From a virus: DNA of 64,000 bases. Positions within the stretch are counted from its first letter, which is position 1; each line of letters opens with the position of its first letter. Where the stretch lies: IMG/VR virus record IMGVR_UViG_3300025118_000005, positions 1 to 64,000 of that record; one strand, given 5' to 3'. The translations under genes were made by a program, and so were the position numbers. Positions 27,782 through 37,616 of the stretch are shown here, in pieces. The notes beneath the pieces were generated by a model. The model was not told where the DNA came from and made no database searches. It was given only the letters and a program-made list of their open reading frames with translations.

Positions 27782-28648
27782 ATGAAAGGTATAATTTTAA
27801 CTGGAGGACACGGTTCAAGGCTATATCCTTCAACCTTGGCTACGAACAAACAGCTTTTACCCGTCTTTGATAAACCCATGATCTATTATCCGTTGACGAC
27901 GTTAATGGAAAACGGCGTTAATGATATTTGTATTATTACAAACCCTGCCTCCACGTCGAACTTCAAAAAATTAATGGGAGATGGGTCTCAGTGGGGTATA
28001 AAAATTATATACAGAGTCCAAAAAGAGCCCAAGGGGATTCCCGAGGCATTTTTAATTGCTAAAAGCTTTCTAAAGCGTGACGACGGAGTAGTTTTGATAC
28101 TCGGAGACAATATTTATTATGGAGCAAATGATATTTTGCAAGATGCTTTTTATAATTTTAGTTCAGGCGGTACGATCTTTGGTTATCGCGTGGAAGACCC
28201 AAGACGATATGGGGTTGTAGAGATGCAAAGCAATAAAGTTTTATCTCTCGAAGAAAAACCCAAAAAGCCTAAAAGCAATTTCGCTATACCGGGACTCTAT
28301 CTTTTTGACTATGACGTAATCGAAATTACAGAAAAATTAAAACCCTCTAAACGTGGCGAGCTTGAGATTACAGACGTTATGAAAGCGTACCTTCGTGATG
28401 ATGCCCTAAGTGCATTTAAGCTCCCTAGAGGAACAGTGTGGCTCGATGCGGGTACTTCTAGTAGCCTGTTTGATAGCTCCGCGTACGTTCAGACGATTGA
28501 AAAGCGACAAGGCGTAAAAATTGGCTGCCCAGAAGAAGCGGCTTACCAACAGGGTTACATTAACAAGACACAATTAAGAAAATTAATAAAAAACACTCCT
28601 GATTGTGAGTATAAAAATTATCTATTAACAATATTAAAAAATGAATAA
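27782..28648 (+). CDS. rfbA: glucose-1-phosphate thymidylyltransferase
   Basis: MKGIILTGGHGSRLYP, NKQLLPVFDKPMIYYPL, LGDNI, EEKP, RGELEITD, WLDAGT. Confidence 0.95.
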   Translation: MKGIILTGGHGSRLYPSTLATNKQLLPVFDKPMIYYPLTTLMENGVNDICIITNPASTSNFKKLMGDGSQWGIKIIYRVQKEPKGIPEAFLIAKSFLKRDDGVVLILGDNIYYGANDILQDAFYNFSSGGTIFGYRVEDPRRYGVVEMQSNKVLSLEEKPKKPKSNFAIPGLYLFDYDVIEITEKLKPSKRGELEITDVMKAYLRDDALSAFKLPRGTVWLDAGTSSSLFDSSAYVQTIEKRQGVKIGCPEEAAYQQGYINKTQLRKLIKNTPDCEYKNYLLTILKNE

Positions 28649-29225
28649 CACAGAATGTAATCATGTACTAACAAAAATAGCTTCTAAGTATAAAGCTTAT
28701 ACAGATAAGTGCCCAATGAGCGAGTATAACATCCAACATGTATATACTGAGATTTATGGGCCTTTATTCGAGCATTTAAGGTATGAGCCCGTAAGATTAC
28801 TCGAAGTTGGTGTTAGATGGGGCGGTTCGTTGGCAATGTGGCGTGATTTTTTCCCTAACGCAGTAATTTATGGGGTAGATATTAACCTCTCTCAGATGGT
28901 CGGTGAGCTAAAATCTGTAAATGTTATAGAAGGAAATGCGTATGACGAAGATTTTGCGAAAAAACATTTTGAAAATACAGAATTTGACATTATGATTGAT
29001 GACGGAACCCACGCGGAAAAAGACATTATAAAGTATTTTAACATTTATCGTAAATATTTAAAAAAAGGCGGTTATTTAATTGCTGAAGACATCGCGACTA
29101 TTGAATTAGCAAGAAACGTTATCGATAATTTTAACGGGCCTATTAATAATATGAGCATAATTGATAGAGCTCATTGTATTCCTTCAACGAGAGGAGAGAG
29201 AATGATCATGTATAAAGGCTGCTAA
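28641..29225 (+). CDS. class I SAM-dependent (sugar O-)methyltransferase
   Basis: LLEVGV..GGSL, YGVDI, DIMIDDGTH, GGYLIAED. Confidence 0.85.
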   Translation: MNNTECNHVLTKIASKYKAYTDKCPMSEYNIQHVYTEIYGPLFEHLRYEPVRLLEVGVRWGGSLAMWRDFFPNAVIYGVDINLSQMVGELKSVNVIEGNAYDEDFAKKHFENTEFDIMIDDGTHAEKDIIKYFNIYRKYLKKGGYLIAEDIATIELARNVIDNFNGPINNMSIIDRAHCIPSTRGERMIMYKGC

Positions 29226-29428
29226 TGAAAAAAGAAAATTATTTTAATAAACTTAAGTCTCCTATTCCCCAGCATCTTACTCCAGAAGAGAGGGAAAGGT
29301 GGGAAGAGGAGCACGAGTGGGAATTACAGGAAAGAGCGAGACGTAGAAAAGAGGGTTTTTATGATCAAAAGCCTAAAAAGAAAAATATAGGTTGGAAACT
29401 TATACAAAAATTGTTTAAAAAGAGCTAA
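29225..29428 (+). CDS. hypothetical protein
   Basis: TAATG coupling to the previous gene. Confidence 0.55.
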   Translation: MKKENYFNKLKSPIPQHLTPEERERWEEEHEWELQERARRRKEGFYDQKPKKKNIGWKLIQKLFKKS

Positions 29429-29440
29429 AAAGGATCATTA

Positions 29441-30364
29441 ATGGTATTACTTTTAGGAGGAAGCGGATATATAGGCAATCAGTTTTTAAAAGAACTGAAG
29501 AAAATGGGCATAAATACTTATGACTTATCTCGTTCTGAATATGATTACTATGATGTAGACACACTAAGGCGCTTAATAAAGACTAAGGGGATTAAATTTT
29601 TAATTAATTGTGCTGGGTATACTGGTAAACCCAACGTGGACGCTTGCGAAGATAATCAAAAGGAAGCCCTTCGAGGAAACGTGACGCTTCCTAGAGTCAT
29701 AGCAAAAGCCTGTAGGTACTCAAAGGTTCCTTGGGCGCACGTCTCTTCGGGATGTATTTACAATGGAACCAAGGGGGCTAATGGATTTACTGAAAAGGAT
29801 GTACCTAATTTTACATTTGACTATGGTAACTGTAGTTATTATTCTGGTACAAAGGCTATGGCAGAAGAAGCACTATTGAAAGAATCAGATCAATGTTATA
29901 TTTGGAGGTTAAGGATACCGTTTGATGAATTTGATGGATCAAGAAATTATTTGTCTAAATTAATGCGTTACCCAATGCTCCTAAGCGTTGATAATTCTAT
30001 TTCTCATAGGGGAGATTTTGTTAAATATTGTCTAGCGTTATGGCAAGCGAAAGCAGATTTTGGTATATATAATGTAGTTAACACCGGTGCAGTAACAGCA
30101 AAACAAATAACGGAAAAAATGAAGGAGATATTAAATAATGATATGTCTTTTAAGTTTTTTCAATCTGAACAGGATATGTATAGTTTAGGTGCCGCTCGTA
30201 CCCCACGTTCTAATTGTGTTTTAGATAATACTAAGTTAAGAAAAGCCCTTTACCCCAAAAGGGTTCGTACCGCTCTCAAAGCTGTAGAGCATTCACTTAA
30301 ACATTGGATAGAAGAAGGTAAAGAAAAAAAAGATAATGGAATCCCCAATTCGTATTGGGATTAA
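29441..30364 (+). CDS. RmlD-like NDP-4-keto-6-deoxysugar reductase (possibly bifunctional epimerase/reductase, UER1/NRS-ER type)
   Basis: GGSGYIG, NCAGYTGKPNVDACE, SSGCIY, YSGTK, LRIP, RSNCVLD..KL. Confidence 0.8.
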   Translation: MVLLLGGSGYIGNQFLKELKKMGINTYDLSRSEYDYYDVDTLRRLIKTKGIKFLINCAGYTGKPNVDACEDNQKEALRGNVTLPRVIAKACRYSKVPWAHVSSGCIYNGTKGANGFTEKDVPNFTFDYGNCSYYSGTKAMAEEALLKESDQCYIWRLRIPFDEFDGSRNYLSKLMRYPMLLSVDNSISHRGDFVKYCLALWQAKADFGIYNVVNTGAVTAKQITEKMKEILNNDMSFKFFQSEQDMYSLGAARTPRSNCVLDNTKLRKALYPKRVRTALKAVEHSLKHWIEEGKEKKDNGIPNSYWD

Positions 30365-30479
30365 TTATTTTAATTATTGTTGTTTTATTTGCCATGAGAA
30401 AAGAAATTAAATTTCCATCTAGCCCCCCTCCTGTTGACGATGGAAATATATACTTTCTATTAACGAATATAAATAAATT

Positions 30480-31292
30480 ATGAAGATTATCGCTGAGATT
30501 GGTATAAATCACAATGGAGAAGTCTCTTTGGCTAAAAAGCTAATCGACATTGCTTTAATTGCTGGATGTAGCCATGTAAAGCTTCAAAAGCGTAATCCAG
30601 ACCTCTGCGTACCCGAACATCAAAAAAACGTCTCTAAGAGTACTCCTTGGGGCAATATGACCTATCTGGAGTATAAGCACAGAATCGAATTTAACCATAA
30701 ACAATATAAAGAGATATTTGACTATTGTGATCTTAAAGGCATAAAGTGCTTCGCGAGCGTTTGGGATAAAGACTCTGTAGACTTCATGATGAAATATGCC
30801 GATATGGCAAAAATCCCTTCTGCTTTAATCACTGATTTAGAATTATGTGAATACGCGAGGTGGAAGAACAAAGAACTATTAATCTCTACAGGTATGTCCA
30901 CAGAAGAGGAAATAGAGCAGTGTGTTGAAGCTTGTAGTCCAGATGTAATTTTTCATACCAACTCTACTTATCCGGCTCCCGTCTCAGAGCTTAACCTTTC
31001 GTATATAACTTGGTTAAAGGAGAAATACCCTCATTCAATTATTGGATATAGTGGACATGAATACGGTTTGGTCCCAACGTTTGCTGCTGTTGTCATGGGG
31101 GCGGAATATATTGAAAGGCATATTACCCTAGATCGAACAATGTGGGGGTCTGATCAAATGGCCTCGGTAGAGCCTGCGGGATTAATCAAAATGGTCAAAG
31201 CTATTAAAGATCTCAAATCAAGCGTGGGTCATGGAGGCCCACGTGAATTGTTAGAGAGTGAAAAAGCCAAAAGACAGAGTCTAAGAAAATGA
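30480..31292 (+). CDS. neuB: NeuB-family nonulosonate synthase (no C-terminal SAF domain)
   Basis: IIAEIGINHNG, KLQKR, KIPS, ISTGMS, STYP, GYSGHE, IERHITLD, GSDQ.AS. Confidence 0.92.
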   Translation: MKIIAEIGINHNGEVSLAKKLIDIALIAGCSHVKLQKRNPDLCVPEHQKNVSKSTPWGNMTYLEYKHRIEFNHKQYKEIFDYCDLKGIKCFASVWDKDSVDFMMKYADMAKIPSALITDLELCEYARWKNKELLISTGMSTEEEIEQCVEACSPDVIFHTNSTYPAPVSELNLSYITWLKEKYPHSIIGYSGHEYGLVPTFAAVVMGAEYIERHITLDRTMWGSDQMASVEPAGLIKMVKAIKDLKSSVGHGGPRELLESEKAKRQSLRK

Positions 31293-32317
31293 AACGAGCC
31301 TTACATCTATTTCCATCCGACGGACATAATAACTCTGGAGATTTTATTATAGGCCCCGCAACGAAATGGCATTTCGAAAAAAATATTGTAAAAGAAGAAA
31401 TAGAGTGGTCCAACAAAAATGTTAGGGATTATTTTGAAGATAAAGATGCTGACATGGTTAATAAGTATGATTATTTATTAATTGGAGGAGGTGGTTTAAT
31501 ATTACCCGATACTAACCCTAATAATATATCATGCTGGCAATGGCCCGTATACTGTGATACTCTAAGAAAAATAACTGTCCCTATTTATGTTTTATCTATA
31601 GGTTATAATCTATTTTATAACCAAAAAATTACCATGATGAACCAAGCGGTCCCATCAGAGATTCCGCAAAGGTCTACTATTTTCAAAAACAATATTGAGA
31701 CTTTAATTGAAATTAGCAAGCATTTTTCGTTAAGGCATAATGGAGATTGTGACCGACTAAAAGAAATCGTTGATCCAGAGTATCATGATAAAATCAAATT
31801 TGAATTTTGTCCCACTATAGAGTTTTCTAAAGATTATAAAGAGAAACACAAATTATCGTCCGATACAAGGGATATATACGCATTTGAGGTTAAAGACGAT
31901 AGACCAGATAGGAGATATCATAATACATCCAGACAAATTTTTTATGATCACTTAAAGAATTTTATTCTGCATCTTTTATCCTTAAACAAAAAAGTTTGTG
32001 TTTTATCTCATGACGGAAGCACGTCTTTTAAATCTTATCTTGATAAAGTAGGCGTAAACGTGGGCTTTATTAGTAACGCTTTTTCTACGGAAGAAAAAAT
32101 TATATCCAATTACTTAAAGATCGACAAATTATTTTGTATGGCTGGACACAGTCAAATGATGGGGCATGCGCTGGGATGTAACGTGATTAGCATGATCAGC
32201 CATAATAAACAAAAATACTTCTTAGAAGACATAGGGGAATATATCGATAACAAATATGTTGATGTTAACAACGAACATGTATATAGTAAACTAATGGGAA
32301 TATATGAACAAATATAA
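31289..32317 (+). CDS. polysaccharide pyruvyl transferase-like protein
   Basis: NSGD, LIGGGGL, SIG, SLR, H.....A.G, SH..K pattern. Confidence 0.7.
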   Translation: MKRALHLFPSDGHNNSGDFIIGPATKWHFEKNIVKEEIEWSNKNVRDYFEDKDADMVNKYDYLLIGGGGLILPDTNPNNISCWQWPVYCDTLRKITVPIYVLSIGYNLFYNQKITMMNQAVPSEIPQRSTIFKNNIETLIEISKHFSLRHNGDCDRLKEIVDPEYHDKIKFEFCPTIEFSKDYKEKHKLSSDTRDIYAFEVKDDRPDRRYHNTSRQIFYDHLKNFILHLLSLNKKVCVLSHDGSTSFKSYLDKVGVNVGFISNAFSTEEKIISNYLKIDKLFCMAGHSQMMGHALGCNVISMISHNKQKYFLEDIGEYIDNKYVDVNNEHVYSKLMGIYEQI

Positions 32318-32918
32318 TCCGCACAACCCTCACGTAAGCCCAACGGAGATAAAGCGATCTTTATCTAAGCATAAAACCGAAGAGCACATAGACTATAAAA
32401 GTTTTTATAATGAAATAAATTATATTTCCCCGGGTATTCATATGCGAAGCTATTATGATGTTTGCGTGGGTAAACTTAATGAGGGAGAAAAGTGGTTAGA
32501 CGTAGGCTGTGGGTGCGCAAATTTTTTAAAACAAGCTATATCCGATAAAAATATAAAGCTTTACGGAATGGACGTAGTTGACGAAAGTGTTACTCGCGCG
32601 ATTAAGAACGGGGTTAATTGTATTAAAAATTCCGCGTCAGACCCATATCCTTATGAAAATGAAAGTTTTGATATGGTTACCTCAACGGACGTGTTAGAGC
32701 ATTTACATCCGAACGATGTAGACAAAGCTTTAAAAGAAATATTCAGGGTAGTAAAAAATAATAGGCACGCCCTCTTAGCTCCAGCAACGACGCCCGACCT
32801 AACGGGGCTCTTGCACCTTACCGTGCAATCCAGAGATTGGTGGGTGAAGAAACTACAAGAAACGGGCTTCCAATTAGTTTCATACGTTGCCTACAAAGGA
32901 ATTCTTTTGCGCAAATGA
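32304..32918 (+). CDS. class I SAM-dependent methyltransferase
   Basis: WLDVGCG, YGMD, FDMVTSTDVLEH, EIFRV. Confidence 0.88.
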   Translation: MNKYNPHNPHVSPTEIKRSLSKHKTEEHIDYKSFYNEINYISPGIHMRSYYDVCVGKLNEGEKWLDVGCGCANFLKQAISDKNIKLYGMDVVDESVTRAIKNGVNCIKNSASDPYPYENESFDMVTSTDVLEHLHPNDVDKALKEIFRVVKNNRHALLAPATTPDLTGLLHLTVQSRDWWVKKLQETGFQLVSYVAYKGILLRK

Positions 32919-33550
32919 AAACTTTTTCTCTTATCTTGGCTCGAGGAGGGAGCAAGGGTATACCTAATAAAAATATAATCAAATTGGGTCATATTCCCCT
33001 CATTCAATATTCTATAGAAGCCTCTAAGGCGTCCAGTGTTGACCAAACATGGGTAAGTACAGACTCTTTAAAAATAAGAGACACCGCAGCTAAGTTGGGA
33101 GCATTTGTTATAAACCGGCCAGACGAAATTTCCCAAGATAATTCAAAAAGTGACGAAGCTCTAGTCCATTTTGCGAAAAATATAGATTTTGATATATTAG
33201 TATTTATTCAGCCCACTTCTCCCCTACTTAAAGCGAAAGACATTGATAAGGGGATACAAATGATGAAAGACTATGATTCCGTCTTTTCCGTTTACAAAGA
33301 GCACTGGATTCCCGAGTGGAATTTGAATGGAACCCCTTATCATTGGGATATCGCTAATCGGCCGATGAGACAAGACGTTCCCGAAACTTATGTGGAAAAC
33401 GGAGCTTTTTATATTACTACTAAAAAAGCCTTGTTAAATTCTGGGTTAAGATATAGCGGTAGAATAGGGATGACGGAGATGCCCAAGAATAGAAGCTTTC
33501 AAATAGATACTCCAGATGACTTAGAATTAGTAAAAAAGCTTTTATATTAA
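32915..33550 (+). CDS. neuA: acylneuraminate cytidylyltransferase
   Basis: ARGGSKGIPNKN, VSTDS, QPTSPL, RQD, ENGAFY, IDTPDD. Confidence 0.93.
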   Translation: MKTFSLILARGGSKGIPNKNIIKLGHIPLIQYSIEASKASSVDQTWVSTDSLKIRDTAAKLGAFVINRPDEISQDNSKSDEALVHFAKNIDFDILVFIQPTSPLLKAKDIDKGIQMMKDYDSVFSVYKEHWIPEWNLNGTPYHWDIANRPMRQDVPETYVENGAFYITTKKALLNSGLRYSGRIGMTEMPKNRSFQIDTPDDLELVKKLLY

Positions 33551-33575
33551 TTCGTTCCATGCTATAATTAATAGT

Positions 33576-34280
33576 ATGAATAAATTTGTAGAAGACTTTC
33601 AAGAAAACGGATTTGCTCTAGTTAAAGGCGTTCTTACCGGGAAAGAGAACGAAAATTTTAGAAAAATAGTCGAAGAATACTTCGCTGATCATCCGAGTTT
33701 AAAATTCAGCGGAGGAAGATGTCTGGGCGGATATACCAATATCACACCAGAGCTAAAAGAGCTAAACACCTTTCACGAAGACAAAAAAATGTTAGATATC
33801 GCTAAGGCTATTCTCGGAGAAGGTTTTATTTTCGCAGGGCATAGTGACCTTCACCAAGACAAAACAACAGATTGGCATAGAGATATTCTAATGGGGCCGT
33901 ATAAAATATATCAACAACGTGACCTGTGGGATGATGATTATAAAATTATTAAAATCGCATTTCTGTTACAGGATCATAGTGACAATGATTACGGGCTATG
34001 GGTTGTCCCTAAATCACATAATAGGCGAGACGATGATCCCTCTGTGAGAGCCGAGGGAGAGTATTGTGTACATAGTGAAGTGGGAGACGCGATTGTATTT
34101 GACCAAAGAATATTACATAGAGGACAGCTATTATCTCAATATGTAGAGGAGTATAATCAATCGAGGTATTTAATTACATTCGGATACGGACTAGACAATA
34201 CTCATACGGCCGAGCACGCACGAGGCACCGCAGCGAGACAGCAAGATCAACGAAGGAATCTTACTTACAAAAATGGCTAA
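33576..34280 (+). CDS. PhyH-family Fe/2-oxoglutarate dioxygenase
   Basis: WHRD, LWVVPKSH, GDAIVFD..ILHRG, R. Confidence 0.85.
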   Translation: MNKFVEDFQENGFALVKGVLTGKENENFRKIVEEYFADHPSLKFSGGRCLGGYTNITPELKELNTFHEDKKMLDIAKAILGEGFIFAGHSDLHQDKTTDWHRDILMGPYKIYQQRDLWDDDYKIIKIAFLLQDHSDNDYGLWVVPKSHNRRDDDPSVRAEGEYCVHSEVGDAIVFDQRILHRGQLLSQYVEEYNQSRYLITFGYGLDNTHTAEHARGTAARQQDQRRNLTYKNG

Positions 34281-34965
34281 ATTAAAAAAAATATCTGATT
34301 CTGACTTTGATCTTAATAAATCAGTAATTATTGCTGGTAAAGGCCCTACTATATCTAATGTCGAAAAGTTTTTAAGTGGGAAAGACCTAAATGACTTTTA
34401 TATTTGCGGGGTTAATACCGCTTACCAGCTTTTGCCTAAAGTAGATTTTTTATCTTTCTGTGACACAAATGTCTTAGATATTTTAAACAAAAATAGAAAA
34501 GACTTTAATAAAATTAAGAGCCTTGTCTGCCCGTTGGTCTTGAGAAAGATGTATGACAACGGAATGTGCTTCGACACGGATAAGACTTATGAGTGGCTTC
34601 TGGAAGAGCTAAAAGATCTAGATATAAATATATATAATTTTAAATTATTTACTCAGCACTTATTTTTAGAAATAGATAGCGGAAAGATGGATGATTTTTA
34701 TTTTAAAAGCTGCGGGGAAAAAGCAAAGTCAATTCCTCCTGAAGATACTTTAACAAGTAGCTATCATTGTGGATTATTGTGGTTAACGAAAGCGGGTTTC
34801 AAGGATTTTCATATTTTTGGAGTAAGCCAGCAAAACGAATATCACGCTTCTTTTAGCGAAAGTAATGATTGTGGAAATGATAGAGATAGTAAATGGTACG
34901 CAGAAAACTCGTTGAAGGGAGAGAGTATTTTAGAGGAAAATCACTGTAAATATCAATATCACTGA
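34273..34965 (+). CDS. CstII(GT42)/Maf-like nonulosonate transferase
   Basis: VIIAGKGPT...ICGVN...TSS......L...GFK.FHIFGV resembles CstII VIIAGNGPS / TSG...GYKEIYLSG. Confidence 0.6.
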   Translation: MAKLKKISDSDFDLNKSVIIAGKGPTISNVEKFLSGKDLNDFYICGVNTAYQLLPKVDFLSFCDTNVLDILNKNRKDFNKIKSLVCPLVLRKMYDNGMCFDTDKTYEWLLEELKDLDINIYNFKLFTQHLFLEIDSGKMDDFYFKSCGEKAKSIPPEDTLTSSYHCGLLWLTKAGFKDFHIFGVSQQNEYHASFSESNDCGNDRDSKWYAENSLKGESILEENHCKYQYH

Positions 34966-34995
34966 CCCTCAAAAAGTGTATTATAATTAGAGGCT

Positions 34996-35970
34996 ATGAA
35001 TCTTTTAGTCACAGGTGGAGCAGGTTTTATCGGAACCAATTTCGTTAAAATGATGCTAAGAAAAAGAACGGGCGTTAAGTTATTAGTCGTCATGGACAGT
35101 CTTACATACGCTTCTGATTTTAGTAACCTCGAAGAAGATCTAGACGATTATGCTGATTTTAAGTTTGCTAAAGTCGATATAAAAGACGATAAATATATTG
35201 ATTCGACCTTCGAAAAATATGGTATTACCCACGTAGTACATTTTGCAGCAGAAACTCATGTAGACAATTCTATTATCGGGCCAAGAGCTTTTGTAGAGAC
35301 GAACATCCTCGGGACCTTCAATCTTTTAGAGTCTGCTAGAAAACATGAGGTGGAAAGGTTTCATCATATCTCTACTGACGAAGTATTCGGTCATTTGGGA
35401 GAAAAGGGTAAGTTCACAGAAGATACTCCTTATGCTCCTAGGAACCCGTATTCGGCTTCTAAGGCGTCTTCTGACCATTTGGTAAGGTCATACTACCATA
35501 CGTACGAATTACCTGTGACGATCTCAAATTGCTCTAATAATTACGGCCCCTATCAACATGAAGAGAAACTTATTCCTACCATTATTAATTCCATTTTAAA
35601 AAGAAAAAAAATACCAGTATACGGCCAAGGTTTAAACGTAAGAGACTGGATACATGTCGATGATCATTGCGACGCGCTATTAACTGTCTTGAAGAAGGGC
35701 GTCCCGGGAGAAACATATAATATCGGAGCCAACTGCGAAAAAAGAAATCTTGATGTTATTGTCTCTATTTGCGATATCTTAAAAGTAGAGCTCGAAGACT
35801 GTACAGAATTTGTTTGTGACAGATTAGGCCATGATTTTAGATATGCCATAGACGCTTCTAAAATTATAAAAGAATTAAAGTGGAAGCCTAAGATCCCATT
35901 CGAAAAGGGTATTAGTAAGACCGTAGCGCATTATAAGAGTAAATATGATACTGAATTTAGAGACTTATAG
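34996..35970 (+). CDS. rfbB: dTDP-glucose 4,6-dehydratase
   Basis: VTGGAGFIG, DSLTYA, HFAAETHVDNSI, ISTDEV, YSASK, NCSNNYGP, RDWIHV, GHDFRYA. Confidence 0.95.
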   Translation: MNLLVTGGAGFIGTNFVKMMLRKRTGVKLLVVMDSLTYASDFSNLEEDLDDYADFKFAKVDIKDDKYIDSTFEKYGITHVVHFAAETHVDNSIIGPRAFVETNILGTFNLLESARKHEVERFHHISTDEVFGHLGEKGKFTEDTPYAPRNPYSASKASSDHLVRSYYHTYELPVTISNCSNNYGPYQHEEKLIPTIINSILKRKKIPVYGQGLNVRDWIHVDDHCDALLTVLKKGVPGETYNIGANCEKRNLDVIVSICDILKVELEDCTEFVCDRLGHDFRYAIDASKIIKELKWKPKIPFEKGISKTVAHYKSKYDTEFRDL

Positions 35971-35986
35971 CGTGTAAATATAATTA

Positions 35987-36775
35987 ATGCTTGATAAACA
36001 AGTCAAATCAAAAGGGAAAGTCAAGATCAGAGGAGACAAAAAACTCGCGGAAGATCTAAACGAAACCAAAAACAAATATATTGCCGAAAACCCAATTGAA
36101 AGGCAAATTAAAATCAACCAATTTCCTTGGACGGAAAAACAAAAAGAATTTTTCAGAATAGCTTTAGATTATAATACTAAAATTATTTTCGTTAACGGCC
36201 CAGCAGGGACCTCTAAAACCCTTTTGTCCACTTATTGCGGATTGCAGCTTCTCAACATGAAGGCTATTTCAGACATTATGTATCTTCGATCTGCCGTGGA
36301 GAGCTCAGAAAAAAGTCTGGGGTATTTACCCGGAGACGCTAACGAAAAATTAAGATTTTATAATTTACCTTTTCTGGATAAGCTAGACGAACTATTAACT
36401 ACGACTAAACCAGAAAAGCTAGAAGAGCAACGTAGGATTTCTATGTTCCCAGTCAATTTCGCGAGAGGAATGAATTGGAAGGGAAAATGTATTATACTTG
36501 ATGAAGCTCAGAACTCTACAATAAAGGAGGTCGTGACCGTTCTTACGAGAATGGGGCAGGGCAGTAGGTGTTTCGTTTTAGCGGACCCGATGCAAACGGA
36601 CCTTAGAAGCGAGAGTTGTCAGGGAGCGTTTGAAAACTTATCAAAACTATTCTCAGACGAAGAAAGCGCAGCAATGGGAATTTATACGTTTAACTTCTCC
36701 GAGGAGGATATTATGAGATCAGAGTTAGTTAAATTTATAGTCCAAAAAATAAACAAAGAAGGAGAAAGCAAATGA
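35987..36775 (+). CDS. phoH: PhoH-family protein
   Basis: GPAGTSKT, LGYLPG, ARG, ILDEAQN, LTRMG, D..QTD, DIMRS. Confidence 0.92.
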   Translation: MLDKQVKSKGKVKIRGDKKLAEDLNETKNKYIAENPIERQIKINQFPWTEKQKEFFRIALDYNTKIIFVNGPAGTSKTLLSTYCGLQLLNMKAISDIMYLRSAVESSEKSLGYLPGDANEKLRFYNLPFLDKLDELLTTTKPEKLEEQRRISMFPVNFARGMNWKGKCIILDEAQNSTIKEVVTVLTRMGQGSRCFVLADPMQTDLRSESCQGAFENLSKLFSDEESAAMGIYTFNFSEEDIMRSELVKFIVQKINKEGESK

Positions 36776-37554
36776 GTGACCAAGCAAGAACTAAAAAAGA
36801 AGTAGAAGCCGACTTGTTACTCAAGCAAGCCGAACTAAAATATAAAGAGGCCGAGATTGAAAAGACTAAAGCCGAAACCAAGAAGGTCCAAGCAGAAGCT
36901 GGAAAAGCTCAGCTAGAATTTGAAAAGGCCCACAACTCTAGAAGCAAAGAGTTATATACGGACGAAGAAAATTATTTATATAGATTCTCTAAAGACGTAA
37001 ACCACCATTCCGTACAAGCATGTATGAGCAAGCTCACAGAATGGCATCGTAAAGACTCCAAGTGCAAAATAGAAATCGTTTTTTCTTCTCCCGGAGGAAG
37101 TATCGTTGACGGATTTGAATTATTTGATTTCATTCAAGAACTTAGATCTAAAGGTCATCATATCTCGACGGGCTCGTTGGGTATGGCCGCTTCTATGGCG
37201 GGAATCCTTCTCCAAGCTGGAGACACTAGGTGGATTGGTCATCAAGCATGGTTGATGATTCACAGAGCCGCGTTCGGAGCCATAGGTAAAACGTATGAGA
37301 TAGAAGACGAAGTAAGACTTGTTAAAAGAATCGAAGAGCGCGTCCTAGATATCTTTACATCAAGATCCAAGCTCAGCAAGCGCAGGCTCAAAAGAAACTG
37401 GGATAGAAAAGATTGGTGGATTGACGCAGACGAATGTCTAGAGTTAGGTTTGGTAGACGAAATTAAAGCTATGATGCCAGAGCACCAAGTTAGCGCCAAA
37501 AGCAAAAAGAAGGTTAAAAAAAATGTACGGAAAGCTAAAAAAAGTTTGGAATAA
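36772..37554 (+). CDS. ClpP-like (S14) serine protease with N-terminal coiled coil
   Basis: SSPGG, AASMA (Ser), MIH (His), D.W.DA.ECLELGLVDEI. Confidence 0.88.
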   Translation: MSDQARTKKEVEADLLLKQAELKYKEAEIEKTKAETKKVQAEAGKAQLEFEKAHNSRSKELYTDEENYLYRFSKDVNHHSVQACMSKLTEWHRKDSKCKIEIVFSSPGGSIVDGFELFDFIQELRSKGHHISTGSLGMAASMAGILLQAGDTRWIGHQAWLMIHRAAFGAIGKTYEIEDEVRLVKRIEERVLDIFTSRSKLSKRRLKRNWDRKDWWIDADECLELGLVDEIKAMMPEHQVSAKSKKKVKKNVRKAKKSLE

Positions 37555-37616
37555 AATTAGACATTGGGGCTGTAAAGTAGGATTATGTAATCTAGACAGG
37601 TGCAAATGCCAATGTC

